A DNA stretch of 54,755 bases from Verrucomicrobiota bacterium (GCA_046308575.1 JBKDYW010000189.1:1-54755), one strand, 5' to 3'. Counted from the stretch's first letter, positions 17,339-27,368 are shown. Notes: generated by a model not told the origin, from the letters alone. Made by a program: numbers and translations.

Positions 17339-17923
17339 ATGATTTCAGGAACATCCATCAATCTCACAAAGACTGACCCGACCGTGCAGGATTCGGTCGA
17401 GGCAACCGATGTGTTTGAGGCTTGCCTCGAGAAAACAAGCCACGCGCTCCTAGCCGTGAAAGCAGCCACCCCGTCGGAAGTCGCGAAAGCCGCGGAACTC
17501 TACCGCAAGTCAAAGTCCGATGGACGCCCCATCGACATGCTTGAAGCCACAGCAAAAATTCAAGGACGCCAGGAACCACAAATGAGCGATGCGGTAAAAT
17601 CACTCGCAGAAAAAGTATCCATCACACTCAACACCGCCCCACCGCTCATCCCCTTTGCCGGCAAGCTCATCACACCCACGGCATTCTACGAATCATTCGA
17701 CCGCATCCACCGCATTGCTGCCGACCTGCTCGTGCCGGTGATCTTTGTCGAAGACACGGATGCGATCGGCGTCGCATCTATCAATCCAATCGCCGCGGAG
17801 ATGCTTTCGCAAATCATTCAGGATGCCGTCTCACGCCGCTTCGGCATCCGTCCCTTCATGACCATCCTCAGACTCGACCACGAGTCATGGTCATTTCTCA
17901 CCCGCAAACACTTCGGATCATGA
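17339..17923 (+). CDS. Hypothetical protein resembling a stand-alone PilB/GspE N-terminal domain
   Basis: LVPVIFVEDTDAIGVASINP aligns by eye with FAPLCISGTDKLIVAIANP in the next gene. ATGA overlap with pilB. Confidence 0.55.
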   Translation: MISGTSINLTKTDPTVQDSVEATDVFEACLEKTSHALLAVKAATPSEVAKAAELYRKSKSDGRPIDMLEATAKIQGRQEPQMSDAVKSLAEKVSITLNTAPPLIPFAGKLITPTAFYESFDRIHRIAADLLVPVIFVEDTDAIGVASINPIAAEMLSQIIQDAVSRRFGIRPFMTILRLDHESWSFLTRKHFGS

Positions 17924-19617
17924 TCGAATTCGATGGCATGTCCTTCAATGATTTGATCAGCCGCCGCATCATGGGCGAGCTGGGCCAACACGATCCGTCC
18001 TATGCCGATCTCGCTCAGGATCAAGTCGCCAACCGCGTCACGCGCCAGAGTTTCATGGCGACCCTCGCCAAGATCAACGGCCTACCCTTCATGCCCCGCA
18101 TCGCGGATTTCTGCGAACCCTCGCTCCATGCGAACTGCGATGCTACCGTCATGACCCGCGGCTACTTCGCGCCACTGTGCATCTCGGGCACCGACAAACT
18201 CATCGTCGCCATCGCCAACCCATGGAGCCCGCTGCCCGGCGAATACCTTGCACCTCGCTTCCCAGATCACGAAATCGTCGAGGTCGTCACGCTCGTCTCA
18301 GAAATCAATCGCGCGATTGAATCTGTCGCCACCAACTCAGGCCCATCGCGCTCCGAACTCGAATCCATCGATGTCGAGGACATGGACGACAAAATCCGCG
18401 ACTTCGACGTCACCACCGAATACAGCGAGCCGATGTCGCAACTGATCGCCACGATCATGGCCGATGCGGTCAAGACCCGCGCATCCGACATCCACTTCAA
18501 GGTGGAAAAAGAAAGTTTCTACTACTGCTACCGCGTCGATGGCGACCTCGGCCAGAAGTTTGAAATCCCGATGAAGCTCAAGGACCGGCTCGATGCCTTC
18601 CTGCTCAACCTGATGAAGCTTCCCACCGAGACGCGCAACACCGCGCCAGGCATCTCGGGCCGATTCACGATCTCCTATTTCCACCGGCCGATCGATGTGC
18701 GCTACGAACGCCACCGCACCTACCGCGGCTACCATGTCACCATGCGCCTGCTCGATAAAGGCAACATCAATGTCACACTCGGCAAAGGCACGCTCGCATT
18801 CGACGATGAAACGCTCTTCGCACTTTCCAAGGTGATGAAAATTCCCGCCGGCATCATCGTGATGTCAGGCCCCACCGGCTCAGGAAAATCCACCACCCTC
18901 AACGCGATCCTGCGCGAACTGAACCGCCCCGAAGTGAATATCCTAACGCTTGAAAACCCCGTCGAAGACGAGGTCCCAGGCATCACGCACTGCGACCTCA
19001 AAAGCGCGAAGGAATTCAAGCCGATGATCGCATCATTCATGCGCTCGGACCCAGACATCATCCTCATGGGCGAGGTGCGCGATCTGGAATCCGCTGAGCT
19101 CGCCATCGAGGCCGCCGTCACCGGCCACAAGGTGCTCACCACCATCCACACGCCACGCGCATCACAAATCATCGAACGCTTCGAACAACTCGGCATCGAA
19201 CGTTGGAAAATCGCCCAAACCCTCAAAGCCGCATGCGCGCAGCGGCTCGTGAAACTGCTCTGCCCCTACTGCAAAGAACCGATACCCGGCATCAGCGACC
19301 TCGACCGCAAAACATTCTGCCTCGATGAAACATGGGCCGCCACCCAACTCTTCGCCGCAAAACCCGGCGGCTGCCACGAATGCCGCCACAGCGGCTACAG
19401 CGGACGCACCGCGATTCTCGAAATCATCCCCATCACGCCAAAAATTTCCGACCAACTCTCCAAGGGCCTGATGTCCCCCTACGAACTCGAAGTGAAAATC
19501 GCCGAAGAAGGCGTGCTGCCCAACCTCAGGCGCAGCGGACTCAGGCTCCTGCGCGAGGGAAAAACAGATCTCGCCGCCGTCAGCAAAGTGATCGACATGA
19601 CCTACACCGATGACTAG
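17920..19617 (+). CDS. pilB: PilB/GspE-family assembly ATPase
   Basis: RASDIH, GPTGSGKSTT, TLENPVE, RSDPDIILMGEVRD, TGHKVLTTIH, and the Zn motif CPYC...CHEC..SGYSGR. Confidence 0.93.
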   Translation: MIEFDGMSFNDLISRRIMGELGQHDPSYADLAQDQVANRVTRQSFMATLAKINGLPFMPRIADFCEPSLHANCDATVMTRGYFAPLCISGTDKLIVAIANPWSPLPGEYLAPRFPDHEIVEVVTLVSEINRAIESVATNSGPSRSELESIDVEDMDDKIRDFDVTTEYSEPMSQLIATIMADAVKTRASDIHFKVEKESFYYCYRVDGDLGQKFEIPMKLKDRLDAFLLNLMKLPTETRNTAPGISGRFTISYFHRPIDVRYERHRTYRGYHVTMRLLDKGNINVTLGKGTLAFDDETLFALSKVMKIPAGIIVMSGPTGSGKSTTLNAILRELNRPEVNILTLENPVEDEVPGITHCDLKSAKEFKPMIASFMRSDPDIILMGEVRDLESAELAIEAAVTGHKVLTTIHTPRASQIIERFEQLGIERWKIAQTLKAACAQRLVKLLCPYCKEPIPGISDLDRKTFCLDETWAATQLFAAKPGGCHECRHSGYSGRTAILEIIPITPKISDQLSKGLMSPYELEVKIAEEGVLPNLRRSGLRLLREGKTDLAAVSKVIDMTYTDD

Positions 19618-20755
19618 CACCACCACATCGCCCGCCGCAACGGAAGCACGATTCGGTTCAAAAACCGTAAGGGAAACACCGAGTACAACCTTAAGAAAAG
19701 AAGCCAAAGTTAAGCCTTTCTCAAAAAAGGTACTGGTCGATCTGTTCCGTGGCCTTGGCTCAATGCTGCGCGCGCAGATCAACACGGCCGATGCATTGAA
19801 GTATTACAGCAACGACCTCCCCGACAAGGTACTCTCCGGCACGCTCCTGCAAATCCGCGAGGACATCGCCAAAGGAATGAATGTGCACGAGGCCTTTCGC
19901 CGCACGGGCCGATTCAACGATACCATCGTCGGCCTCATTCAGGCAGGCTCTGATGCAGGCCAGCTCCACCATGCATTCAACTCGCTAGCCGCGAGACTCA
20001 AAAGCGAATTGCATTTCTCCAAGCAACTCAAGAAAGCCACCGTCACGCCATGCGTGATCATCTGCGTGCTGGTTGGTGCCTTCATCACCTCGCAGGTGAA
20101 GATCGTCCCGCAGGTCGAAGAAATGCTCAGCGGCGTCGGTGCAAAGCCGGATGGAATCACCGCACTCTCATTCAAGGTCAGCCATTTCACCCAGTCAGTC
20201 TGGCCCGTGTTCGTGGCGATTCTCGTCGGCATCGCACTCGTGATCTATCGCTCGGGCCATGTGCAATCGCTCATCCTCGGTCTCGCCATGTCCCGCTGGC
20301 GCCTGCTTCGCCAGCTCATCATGAGCCTGCGCCAACTCACCTTTCTTTCCACCATCAAGCTCCTACATTCAAACGGCATCAACCTCGCAAAGTCGATCCG
20401 CGTCTCGGCCAACAGCGTGCGCAACACACCCCTCTACGATGAACTCCGCACCGCCGCAGACAAATACGAGCACTCCGGCGTGCCGCTTTCCACAGCCTTT
20501 GCCAAATACACCTCGGTCGACTCGCAAGTCACACACATGCTCTCAATCGGGGAAAAATCCGCCTCACTCGATAGCCAACTGGAGATGCTTTCAGAAATGT
20601 ACGAGGAGGACGCGCAAAACTACATGGCCGCATTCGCCGCCACGATCAGCTTCATTGTACTGATCATTGCCGTGTCACTCATCGCCGCGGTTTTCATCGG
20701 CACCTTCCTTCCCATCTTCATGATGGGACCAAAAATGATGCAAAGCGGCATTTGA
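19610..20755 (+). CDS. pilC: PilC/GspF platform protein
   Basis: Two T2SSF repeats (LGSMLRAQI...LIQAGSDAGQL; LLHSNGINL...MLSIGEKSASLD) and a C-terminal FLPIF TM. Confidence 0.9.
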   Translation: MTSTTTSPAATEARFGSKTVRETPSTTLRKEAKVKPFSKKVLVDLFRGLGSMLRAQINTADALKYYSNDLPDKVLSGTLLQIREDIAKGMNVHEAFRRTGRFNDTIVGLIQAGSDAGQLHHAFNSLAARLKSELHFSKQLKKATVTPCVIICVLVGAFITSQVKIVPQVEEMLSGVGAKPDGITALSFKVSHFTQSVWPVFVAILVGIALVIYRSGHVQSLILGLAMSRWRLLRQLIMSLRQLTFLSTIKLLHSNGINLAKSIRVSANSVRNTPLYDELRTAADKYEHSGVPLSTAFAKYTSVDSQVTHMLSIGEKSASLDSQLEMLSEMYEEDAQNYMAAFAATISFIVLIIAVSLIAAVFIGTFLPIFMMGPKMMQSGI

Positions 20756-20767
20756 TAACCACCAATC

Positions 20768-21178
20768 ATGCAACTCACACGCTTCGACCGCTGGCTTCGC
20801 GAAAGTTTCGTCAATGAAACCCACATCAGGACATTGCGCGCGCCGGAATCGATCCCGAAAGGCGTGCAATCGCTCGAACTCCCGGAAAAACCCGGCGCTC
20901 GCTTCAAACACCTCTTCATCATCCGCAACCCGAAAACCGCCGATGCATTCATCAAGAACCTCAAGGACCAGAGTTTCATGTTCTCAACGACCATCGAAGA
21001 TCGCAAGGCATGGCATGTGCCGATCATCGCGCCAAAAAATCGCTCATTCACCTGGCGAATCGTCTGGCTTGCACTTGCAATTTCAGCAAGCGGCCTGATC
21101 GTTCATATGTACCGGTCCATCTCCCATGATTCCGAGTTGCTGAAAATCCTGTCCGATTCGCTAAAAACTTTTCTCTGA
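20768..21178 (+). CDS. Hypothetical membrane protein
   Basis: 136 aa with a C-terminal TM (IVWLALAISASGLIV), in the pilus operon. Confidence 0.65.
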   Translation: MQLTRFDRWLRESFVNETHIRTLRAPESIPKGVQSLELPEKPGARFKHLFIIRNPKTADAFIKNLKDQSFMFSTTIEDRKAWHVPIIAPKNRSFTWRIVWLALAISASGLIVHMYRSISHDSELLKILSDSLKTFL

Positions 21179-21201
21179 TCCACCCAAGCCACCCTCGAAC
21201 G

Positions 21202-21612
21202 GTGAAAACAAACCTCCGCCAAATGCATGGAAAGCAAGCTTTCACGCTGCTCGAAATGACGGTGGTGATCATGGTCCTTCTCACACTTATCGGCATCAGC
21301 GTCTATTCGGTCGGATCAGTCACATCATGGCGAAAGGGCCGCGAGGCGTCGGACAAATTGCTCAGCGTGCAGACCGCACAAAGGCTCTACCTCTCGGATC
21401 ACCCGACCGCCGATGTTAGCAGCCTCACCGCCGCCATGCTCATCCCCTACCTGCCGGATCGCGCCACTGCGATACCGACGGTGACCTCACTCGAAGACGC
21501 GGAACTGGCGATCAAATTGAATGTTTTCCCGCCAATCGTCGTCAATCATTCAGGGTCAGCATACGACCCCTCGGGCAACAACAAGGACTCCCTCTGGGAT
21601 GTTGGAGAATGA
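21202..21612 (+). CDS. Pilin / pseudopilin
   Basis: GTG start; HGKQA|FTLLEMTVVIMVLLTLIGIS prepilin motif. Confidence 0.85.
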   Translation: MKTNLRQMHGKQAFTLLEMTVVIMVLLTLIGISVYSVGSVTSWRKGREASDKLLSVQTAQRLYLSDHPTADVSSLTAAMLIPYLPDRATAIPTVTSLEDAELAIKLNVFPPIVVNHSGSAYDPSGNNKDSLWDVGE

Positions 21613-22070
21613 AACAAGCACTCACAGCCTTCATCGCATTCGCACTCGCCACATCGGCCAGCATTGCGGAAATGCGTCATGTCGGCGACTTCACGCTCGT
21701 TTCCCGCTCAAAACTCACCGGCGAAAAACACCAACCCATGCCGATCAAGCCCATGGTCTTTCATGTTTCGACCGATGGAGTGCAGGTGCATGTGAAACTC
21801 GACGACAAGGAAGAGACCAACATTTTCCATATCTATGCCTCCGAAGGCATCGGTCGCCTGAACAAAGATAGCAACACGCTTGAAATCGTCCCGGGCATTC
21901 AAGCATCAAGCAACAAAGGCGGCGAGCTCCGCCACATCCGCCTCACCACCGGGGAAATGACGATCACCACATTCCCCGCGCGATCGGATCAAGCGGTGGT
22001 GATTCACGCCGTAGCCGTCGACAAAAATAAACCCGTGGCGCAAGCCACCAACCCATCGAATGAGCCATGA
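21609..22070 (+). CDS. Secreted hypothetical protein
   Basis: Signal peptide ending SIA-E, beta-rich body and ATGA overlaps. Confidence 0.7.
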   Translation: MKQALTAFIAFALATSASIAEMRHVGDFTLVSRSKLTGEKHQPMPIKPMVFHVSTDGVQVHVKLDDKEETNIFHIYASEGIGRLNKDSNTLEIVPGIQASSNKGGELRHIRLTTGEMTITTFPARSDQAVVIHAVAVDKNKPVAQATNPSNEP

Positions 22071-22408
22071 ACAATGATATACCTTCCACCGAAACGAATG
22101 CCGCAGAAAAGCCCGCATGCGCGTGCAAGGCCTACCCCTTCCTCTTGATCGCAAGCACGACCATCGCCGCTGTTTTCTGTTTCATGTATGTCACCAAACC
22201 GACGGGCCCGCCTGCAATTCAAGCGCCCGTCCCAGCAATCATAAGCGCCCCACCAAAAAGCGAACCCGCCACCAAAGCAGCCCCACCCGAAGCGAAGCTT
22301 CTGCCCGATACCTCTAAGCTCCCCGGCAATGAGGCAACACCCGCCGCAGAAACTCGAAACATTGAGCCCAACCAAATCCCCAGCGAACCCAACCCCGCGC
22401 AACCATGA
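22067..22408 (+). CDS. Single-TM, Pro-rich hypothetical protein
   Basis: TM FLLIASTTIAAVFCFMYV followed by a Pro/Ala-rich disordered tail; ATGA overlaps. Confidence 0.6.
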   Translation: MNNDIPSTETNAAEKPACACKAYPFLLIASTTIAAVFCFMYVTKPTGPPAIQAPVPAIISAPPKSEPATKAAPPEAKLLPDTSKLPGNEATPAAETRNIEPNQIPSEPNPAQP

Positions 22409-22884
22409 AAACAATCCCCATCATCTGCACTCTCGCACTCACTGTGATGACCGCGTTTTTCGTGAAAGCGTGGTGGCCAATCCGTGACATGGGCTGCGAC
22501 TTCAGGGCCATCCAACCCAAAACATTCGCCAGCATCGCCGTTCCGGTGCTTCCACGCATCGAAATCAAACAACCTGCACCCGCCACCGCACCCGCTGCCG
22601 TCGTAACCAAGCCAGAGCAGGCCCCAACCGATGCCGAGTCCGTCACCATCGGCAAAAAGACCCTCGATTCACTCATCGCCGAAGTTCAACGCCTCGGCAA
22701 AAGCAACGAAACACTGCGCGATCAGCTTGCCGAATTGAACCGCGACCTCATGCAGTTGGAGTTCCGTGTCGATACTCACTCGGAATCATTCCGCCCGCTG
22801 CCCGTCAATGAAGAGCAGATCGCCACCACTTCAGAGGAGCCAATCGAAGAGGAAGCCAGCCTGCTTCCGCCTCTCATCAACTAA
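22405..22884 (+). CDS. Membrane-anchored coiled-coil hypothetical protein
   Basis: N-terminal TM, Pro/Ala linker and heptad segment LIAEVQRLGKSNETLRDQLAELNRDLMQLE. Confidence 0.65.
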   Translation: MKTIPIICTLALTVMTAFFVKAWWPIRDMGCDFRAIQPKTFASIAVPVLPRIEIKQPAPATAPAAVVTKPEQAPTDAESVTIGKKTLDSLIAEVQRLGKSNETLRDQLAELNRDLMQLEFRVDTHSESFRPLPVNEEQIATTSEEPIEEEASLLPPLIN

Positions 22885-22899
22885 AGCGCCGCCGATAAT

Positions 22900-23943
22900 T
22901 CAGCTATGATTCGATTTGTCGAAAGCGGCATCGAAGGCGTGCCCGCTGACCGGGAAATCCAGACTGCGCACAAAGGAAGCAGCTTCGGCACCACCATGCA
23001 CGCGATCCATGCGGATGTCCTCCCACTCGACCGAAAGCGGACCGCCATAGCCGATGTCATTGAGCGCTACAATGATGTCCTCAAACTCAATATCACCACG
23101 GCCGGGTGAACGGAAGTCCCAGAAGCGGCGGGCATCGCCGAAGTTGGTATGACCTCCAAAAACACCCACGGTGCCATCGCCGTGACCCCACCACACATCT
23201 TTGATGTGCACATGATAAATGCGCTCAGCGAACTCGCGGATGAATTTCACATAATCCACCCCTTGGTAGCCGAGATGCGAGGGATCATAGTTGAAGCCAA
23301 AGCGCTTGTGATGCCCCACCGCCTCGAGCGCGCGTTTGGCCGATGCGATATCGAAGGCAATTTCAGTCGGATGCACCTCGAGCGCGAAATTCACATTCGC
23401 TTTTTCAAAGGCGTCAAGGATCGGCAGCCAACGCTTGGCAAAGTCCTTGTAGCCCTTGTCGTAATATTCCTGCGAAGTCGGAGGAAACGCATAAATCGAA
23501 TGCCAGATCGACGAACCGGTGAAGCCGTTGACCACTGCCGGAATGACCGCGTCATCGCCCAAAGGCCTCGCATCAAAAAAAGCCCGCGCCGCTTTTGCTG
23601 TCGTGATCATTTTTTTGGCCGCGCGCTTGCGCACGCCTTCTGCATCACCATCACCCCAAACATCCGCCGGCAAAATCGCCTTGTGCCTCAAGTCGATCGG
23701 ATCGCACACGGCCTGACCGACAAGATGATTTGAAATCGCATGACAGGTCAGCCCGTGATCCGCCCGCACCTCCCACTTCGCACGCACATCCGAGTTGCTC
23801 GATGCCGCGGCATCGACATCGAAGTGATCCCCCCAACAGGCGAGCTCCAATCCATCGTAGCCCATTTCATAAGCCATCGCGGCAAGTTTCTCGAGCGAAA
23901 GGTCGGCCCACTGGCCGGTGAAGAGTGTGACAGGGCGTGACAT
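22900..23943 (-). CDS. Sugar phosphate isomerase/epimerase (xylose isomerase-like TIM barrel)
   Basis: [42 protein letters not shown] and LSVEWED metal-binding motifs. Confidence 0.88.
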   Translation of the reverse strand: MSRPVTLFTGQWADLSLEKLAAMAYEMGYDGLELACWGDHFDVDAAASSNSDVRAKWEVRADHGLTCHAISNHLVGQAVCDPIDLRHKAILPADVWGDGDAEGVRKRAAKKMITTAKAARAFFDARPLGDDAVIPAVVNGFTGSSIWHSIYAFPPTSQEYYDKGYKDFAKRWLPILDAFEKANVNFALEVHPTEIAFDIASAKRALEAVGHHKRFGFNYDPSHLGYQGVDYVKFIREFAERIYHVHIKDVWWGHGDGTVGVFGGHTNFGDARRFWDFRSPGRGDIEFEDIIVALNDIGYGGPLSVEWEDIRMDRVHGGAEAASFVRSLDFPVSGHAFDAAFDKSNHS

Positions 23944-24042
23944 GATGATTGGTGGATTGCGTGTGCAGAATCCAGACATCAGGACGACTCATCAATCCAA
24001 ATTATCACACCAAACGACCGCGATCGCGGCATGAGTGAAACA

Positions 24043-25023
24043 TCAAGCCCTGAAATGCTCGCGCGAAAATGCGATTTTTTCCGCACTCCCAAGGCCCGGA
24101 TACGACTTGTGTTGCGCGACCACCGGCTCAAGCCGCCGCAACAATCCCACGCCATTCGCCATCTGGATCGCCAAGCCCGGCCGGGCATTGACCTCGATCA
24201 TCAGCGGCCCAAGGTCCTCGTCGATCATGAGATCCACGCCAAGATAACCCAAGCCGGTCATCTCCTGACAGGTCACCGCAATGTCCAAAATCCTCTCCCA
24301 TTCCGGCAACTGAATCCCAAGCAAGGACACCTTCAGATCCGGATGCGTTTCCGTCACTTTTCCATGATGAACCGAGCGGATTGTACGGCCGCTTGCAAGG
24401 TCAATGCCGATACCCAATGCGCCCTGATGCAAATTTGCCCGACCGTCAGACTCCTTCGTTGCCGCCCTCAGCATCGCCATCACTGGATAGCCGTGAAGCA
24501 ACACGATTCGAATATCCGGCGCGCCCTGATAGCTAATCGCCGTGAGCAAACCCGCGGGCTTCACTCGGTATTCAACCAAGGCCACATCACGCTGGCCGCC
24601 GAGACTGTATAGCCCACCAAGGATGTTCGATGCGTGATGACGCAGCTCAGCACCACTCAACGCCGCACCACTCGGTTTGAAATATTTCCCTTCTTCGCAT
24701 CGATCAATGACCAACACACCCCGACCACCCGATCCGCAAGCGGGCTTGATCACAAATGACTCATGATCCTTAAGCACGGCCTCGAGCCCGGCCACATCGT
24801 GCGGCGTCCGAATCACGGCATAGGTCTTGGGCACCGACAATCCACGCTCTTCGGCCAAGGCCTTGGTCTGCAATTTGTCGTCCACCAGACGGTAAAGTCG
24901 CCGCGGATTGTTCGGCAAAAGATAGCGCGCATTGCGCATGTTGATGCCCACAACTCCCTGCTCGCGCAGCTCCCGTGGCGTCATCAGCCAGCGATGCCAC
25001 CACGGCGCACGAATTTCACTCAT
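24043..25023 (-). CDS. Alpha-L-glutamate ligase-like ATP-grasp protein (RimK-related)
   Basis: GINMRN...NPRRLYRLVDDKL, FVIKPACGSGGRG, PDIRI, ANLHQG, GYLGVD and EVNARPGLAIQ. Alternative start at 25056. Confidence 0.88.
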   Translation of the reverse strand: MSEIRAPWWHRWLMTPRELREQGVVGINMRNARYLLPNNPRRLYRLVDDKLQTKALAEERGLSVPKTYAVIRTPHDVAGLEAVLKDHESFVIKPACGSGGRGVLVIDRCEEGKYFKPSGAALSGAELRHHASNILGGLYSLGGQRDVALVEYRVKPAGLLTAISYQGAPDIRIVLLHGYPVMAMLRAATKESDGRANLHQGALGIGIDLASGRTIRSVHHGKVTETHPDLKVSLLGIQLPEWERILDIAVTCQEMTGLGYLGVDLMIDEDLGPLMIEVNARPGLAIQMANGVGLLRRLEPVVAQHKSYPGLGSAEKIAFSREHFRA

Positions 25024-25042
25024 TGCCGATTGCATGGTTCGA

Positions 25043-26569
25043 TCAGCCTCCGGCAAAAGTTCGGAATCGGAACAACTCGGAAATCCGGTAACCGGTGTAA
25101 CGCCCGATCATCAAAATGCCCGCAAGCAACACGAGCAGCAACTCAGGGAAATAAAACGCCCAATGCTGGATCTGCCCCATGCGCATGAAAAGATATGCCA
25201 ACACCGCCACCACCAGCGAACCGCCGACCTGCACCAACGCGCTGCGCCTTCCCTCCTCCTCCCAAATCAACGACATCCGTTCGATCGTCCACGCGAGAAT
25301 GATCATCGGAAACAGCGTGATCTGCACACCACCGGTCATTCCGAGGCGATAGCTAACGACACTCATCAGCATCATCAGCATGGTGACAATCACCACGCAG
25401 GCCGCCACGCGCGGAACGACCAAGAGGTTGAGCCTTGAAAGCATGAATCGCAGCCACACGCCGACACCGATCAAAACCCCAAACATCACCAAGCCGCGCC
25501 CCAGCGGAATTTGCAAAAATGCTAGCGCCAAAAGCACCGGCATGAAGGTTCCCAGCGTGGCCATGCCAACCAAATTTCTCATCACCACCACCACAAACGC
25601 GCCCAAGGGAATCAATACGATATAACGAAACACCGCGCGCTCGGAGAGCGGCAGACCAAGGATCGTCGCAACCAAAAGCGGCGACTCGCGCAGGTCGGTA
25701 AGACTGGCAAGCGGGATGCGATCCTTCACGACTGTGAAGGTGACCCGCGAATTCTCACCACCATTCACATCAAGCAAGGGCCCCTCACCTCGATGCCAGA
25801 CAAAGACACTGCGGGCATTGGGCACCACACCCGGCTCGGCAGGATTCCGCACCTTCCATGCCGCACCATCAAAGTACTCGACCATCGGCAGCGGCGCCTG
25901 ACTCCCCCGATCCTCGTTCAAGCTCACCCCATAAGCCATCCTTGCCGGCACACCCGCCATCTCCAGCAAGTCGATGCCCATCCGGATCATCGGGTTGCCC
26001 ATGAACTCTTTGGCATAGTGCTTTTTCAAAAGCACAAACTCCTGCGGTTTTTGCTCGTCGTTGATCTGTTCAAACAACGCGACAAAGAGCGAATCCGGAT
26101 CGGAGCTGATCGACTTGAGCCGCGCCACGATCGCACGCGCCGCCTCACCCGCAGACCCTTGAATGATCGTCGCCCCATCAACCTCGGCCTTGCCCGGCAC
26201 CGGCTCCGCACCGCTTTCAATCGACTCGGGCAAACGCACACGGAAATACAAAGCCTGCCCACCCTCGCGATTCTCTGCCGACCACACCGCATCGCTCTCA
26301 TCACCATCGCGCTCGATGTTGTAATGGTACCCAAGCGAGCCGGATTCCTGACCCGCGTCCTTCGATGCGGCTGCCGGAGGCAAAGCCAACCTCGCCTTCA
26401 CCCTCTCACCATTGGCGAGAAACGAAACCCTTGCCTCGATCTGCCAATCATAACTCTGCTCGCCCATCCAAAACGGCACACCAAGGCGCAACGATTTGTA
26501 AGCAGCCAAACCGCCACCCAGACAGATCAGCGCCAGCACCAGCATCGGAAATTTCCACTCCGATTTCAT
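25043..26569 (-). CDS. Inactive transglutaminase + 7TM membrane protein
   Basis: GVPARMAYGV transglutaminase-like core with no catalytic Cys upstream. C-terminal 7TM region contains GTFMPVL, LLVVPR, FPMIILAWTIERMS and GRYTGYR. Confidence 0.85.
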   Translation of the reverse strand: MKSEWKFPMLVLALICLGGGLAAYKSLRLGVPFWMGEQSYDWQIEARVSFLANGERVKARLALPPAAASKDAGQESGSLGYHYNIERDGDESDAVWSAENREGGQALYFRVRLPESIESGAEPVPGKAEVDGATIIQGSAGEAARAIVARLKSISSDPDSLFVALFEQINDEQKPQEFVLLKKHYAKEFMGNPMIRMGIDLLEMAGVPARMAYGVSLNEDRGSQAPLPMVEYFDGAAWKVRNPAEPGVVPNARSVFVWHRGEGPLLDVNGGENSRVTFTVVKDRIPLASLTDLRESPLLVATILGLPLSERAVFRYIVLIPLGAFVVVVMRNLVGMATLGTFMPVLLALAFLQIPLGRGLVMFGVLIGVGVWLRFMLSRLNLLVVPRVAACVVIVTMLMMLMSVVSYRLGMTGGVQITLFPMIILAWTIERMSLIWEEEGRRSALVQVGGSLVVAVLAYLFMRMGQIQHWAFYFPELLLVLLAGILMIGRYTGYRISELFRFRTFAGG

Positions 26570-26586
26570 GGGGTATTCATGGTGGT

Positions 26587-27231
26587 TCAGCGAAGGATGT
26601 TCTGATCAGCCAAGTGAGTGCGCGACACATCCACCCAACCAAGATCCCTGATGATGCTGCGGCCGATCAATACCGGCGAAAGCATGTTGCCTCGGTTGTT
26701 GAGGGTGAACTCACCGCGAAATTTCCTGTCACCCAAACGGAACGACAAAAGCACCACCTCGCGCGCCACCGACACACCACCAGGCTCCTTGATCTTTGCA
26801 ACCCGCACCATCGGCGCCTCAAGTCGACCGCTGATGGTTTTATCCTTGCGGTTGTCCTTAACCAAAAAACGCACCCACTTCTTGCCGTCGCGCTCGAAGA
26901 ATTCCTTTTCCTCGGCGTGAATCGAACTCGTCAGCGCACCCGAATCGAGCTTGGCCTGCAACTTGCCAGGAAAACCCTTGATCTCGATGTCCTCGCGCCA
27001 GCCGTACACACGCACCAACTCCGGGCTCACTGGCTTTGCGACAGCCGCCTTGGCCGCATCGGCATTTTCCGCCGCCTGCGCGTCATCGGGATCGACCACC
27101 GCATCATTGGCAAGTGGCTGCGGCGCAGGGTTCTCAACTTTTGCAGCCTGCTCTTCGGCCGCAGCCACCTGCAGGACCGGCATCAAAGCCATCCATGCGA
27201 TTGAAACAAAAACCTTGGCCATTCCGCTCAT
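26587..27231 (-). CDS. Exported retropepsin-like protease (ATP-dependent Zn protease / RimB-like family)
   Basis: Signal peptide, YGWRE, AKLDSGALTSSIHA (D-S-G), EFTLNNRGNM and VLIGR. Start lies between 27222 and 27243. Confidence 0.82.
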   Translation of the reverse strand: MSGMAKVFVSIAWMALMPVLQVAAAEEQAAKVENPAPQPLANDAVVDPDDAQAAENADAAKAAVAKPVSPELVRVYGWREDIEIKGFPGKLQAKLDSGALTSSIHAEEKEFFERDGKKWVRFLVKDNRKDKTISGRLEAPMVRVAKIKEPGGVSVAREVVLLSFRLGDRKFRGEFTLNNRGNMLSPVLIGRSIIRDLGWVDVSRTHLADQNILR

Positions 27232-27368
27232 GAAAAACGACACGCGTATGCACGCCGACTATCCCCGGTAAAACGGCCGCTTGCAATGGAAAACCGAAGC
27301 CTGAACCAAAAGCGAGATGCCCGTTTTCCATGCTTGGCAGGTTCTTGATTCCTGTAAAAATTGCAGCC

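Noticed and set aside
626-22884. Calling the locus a plain T2SS, Tad or conjugation system
   Set aside because: It has a PilT-type ATPase and a PilB with the Zn tetracysteine motif. No TadA/Flp, VirB4, relaxase or coupling protein was seen. The prepilin peptidase is not in the window.
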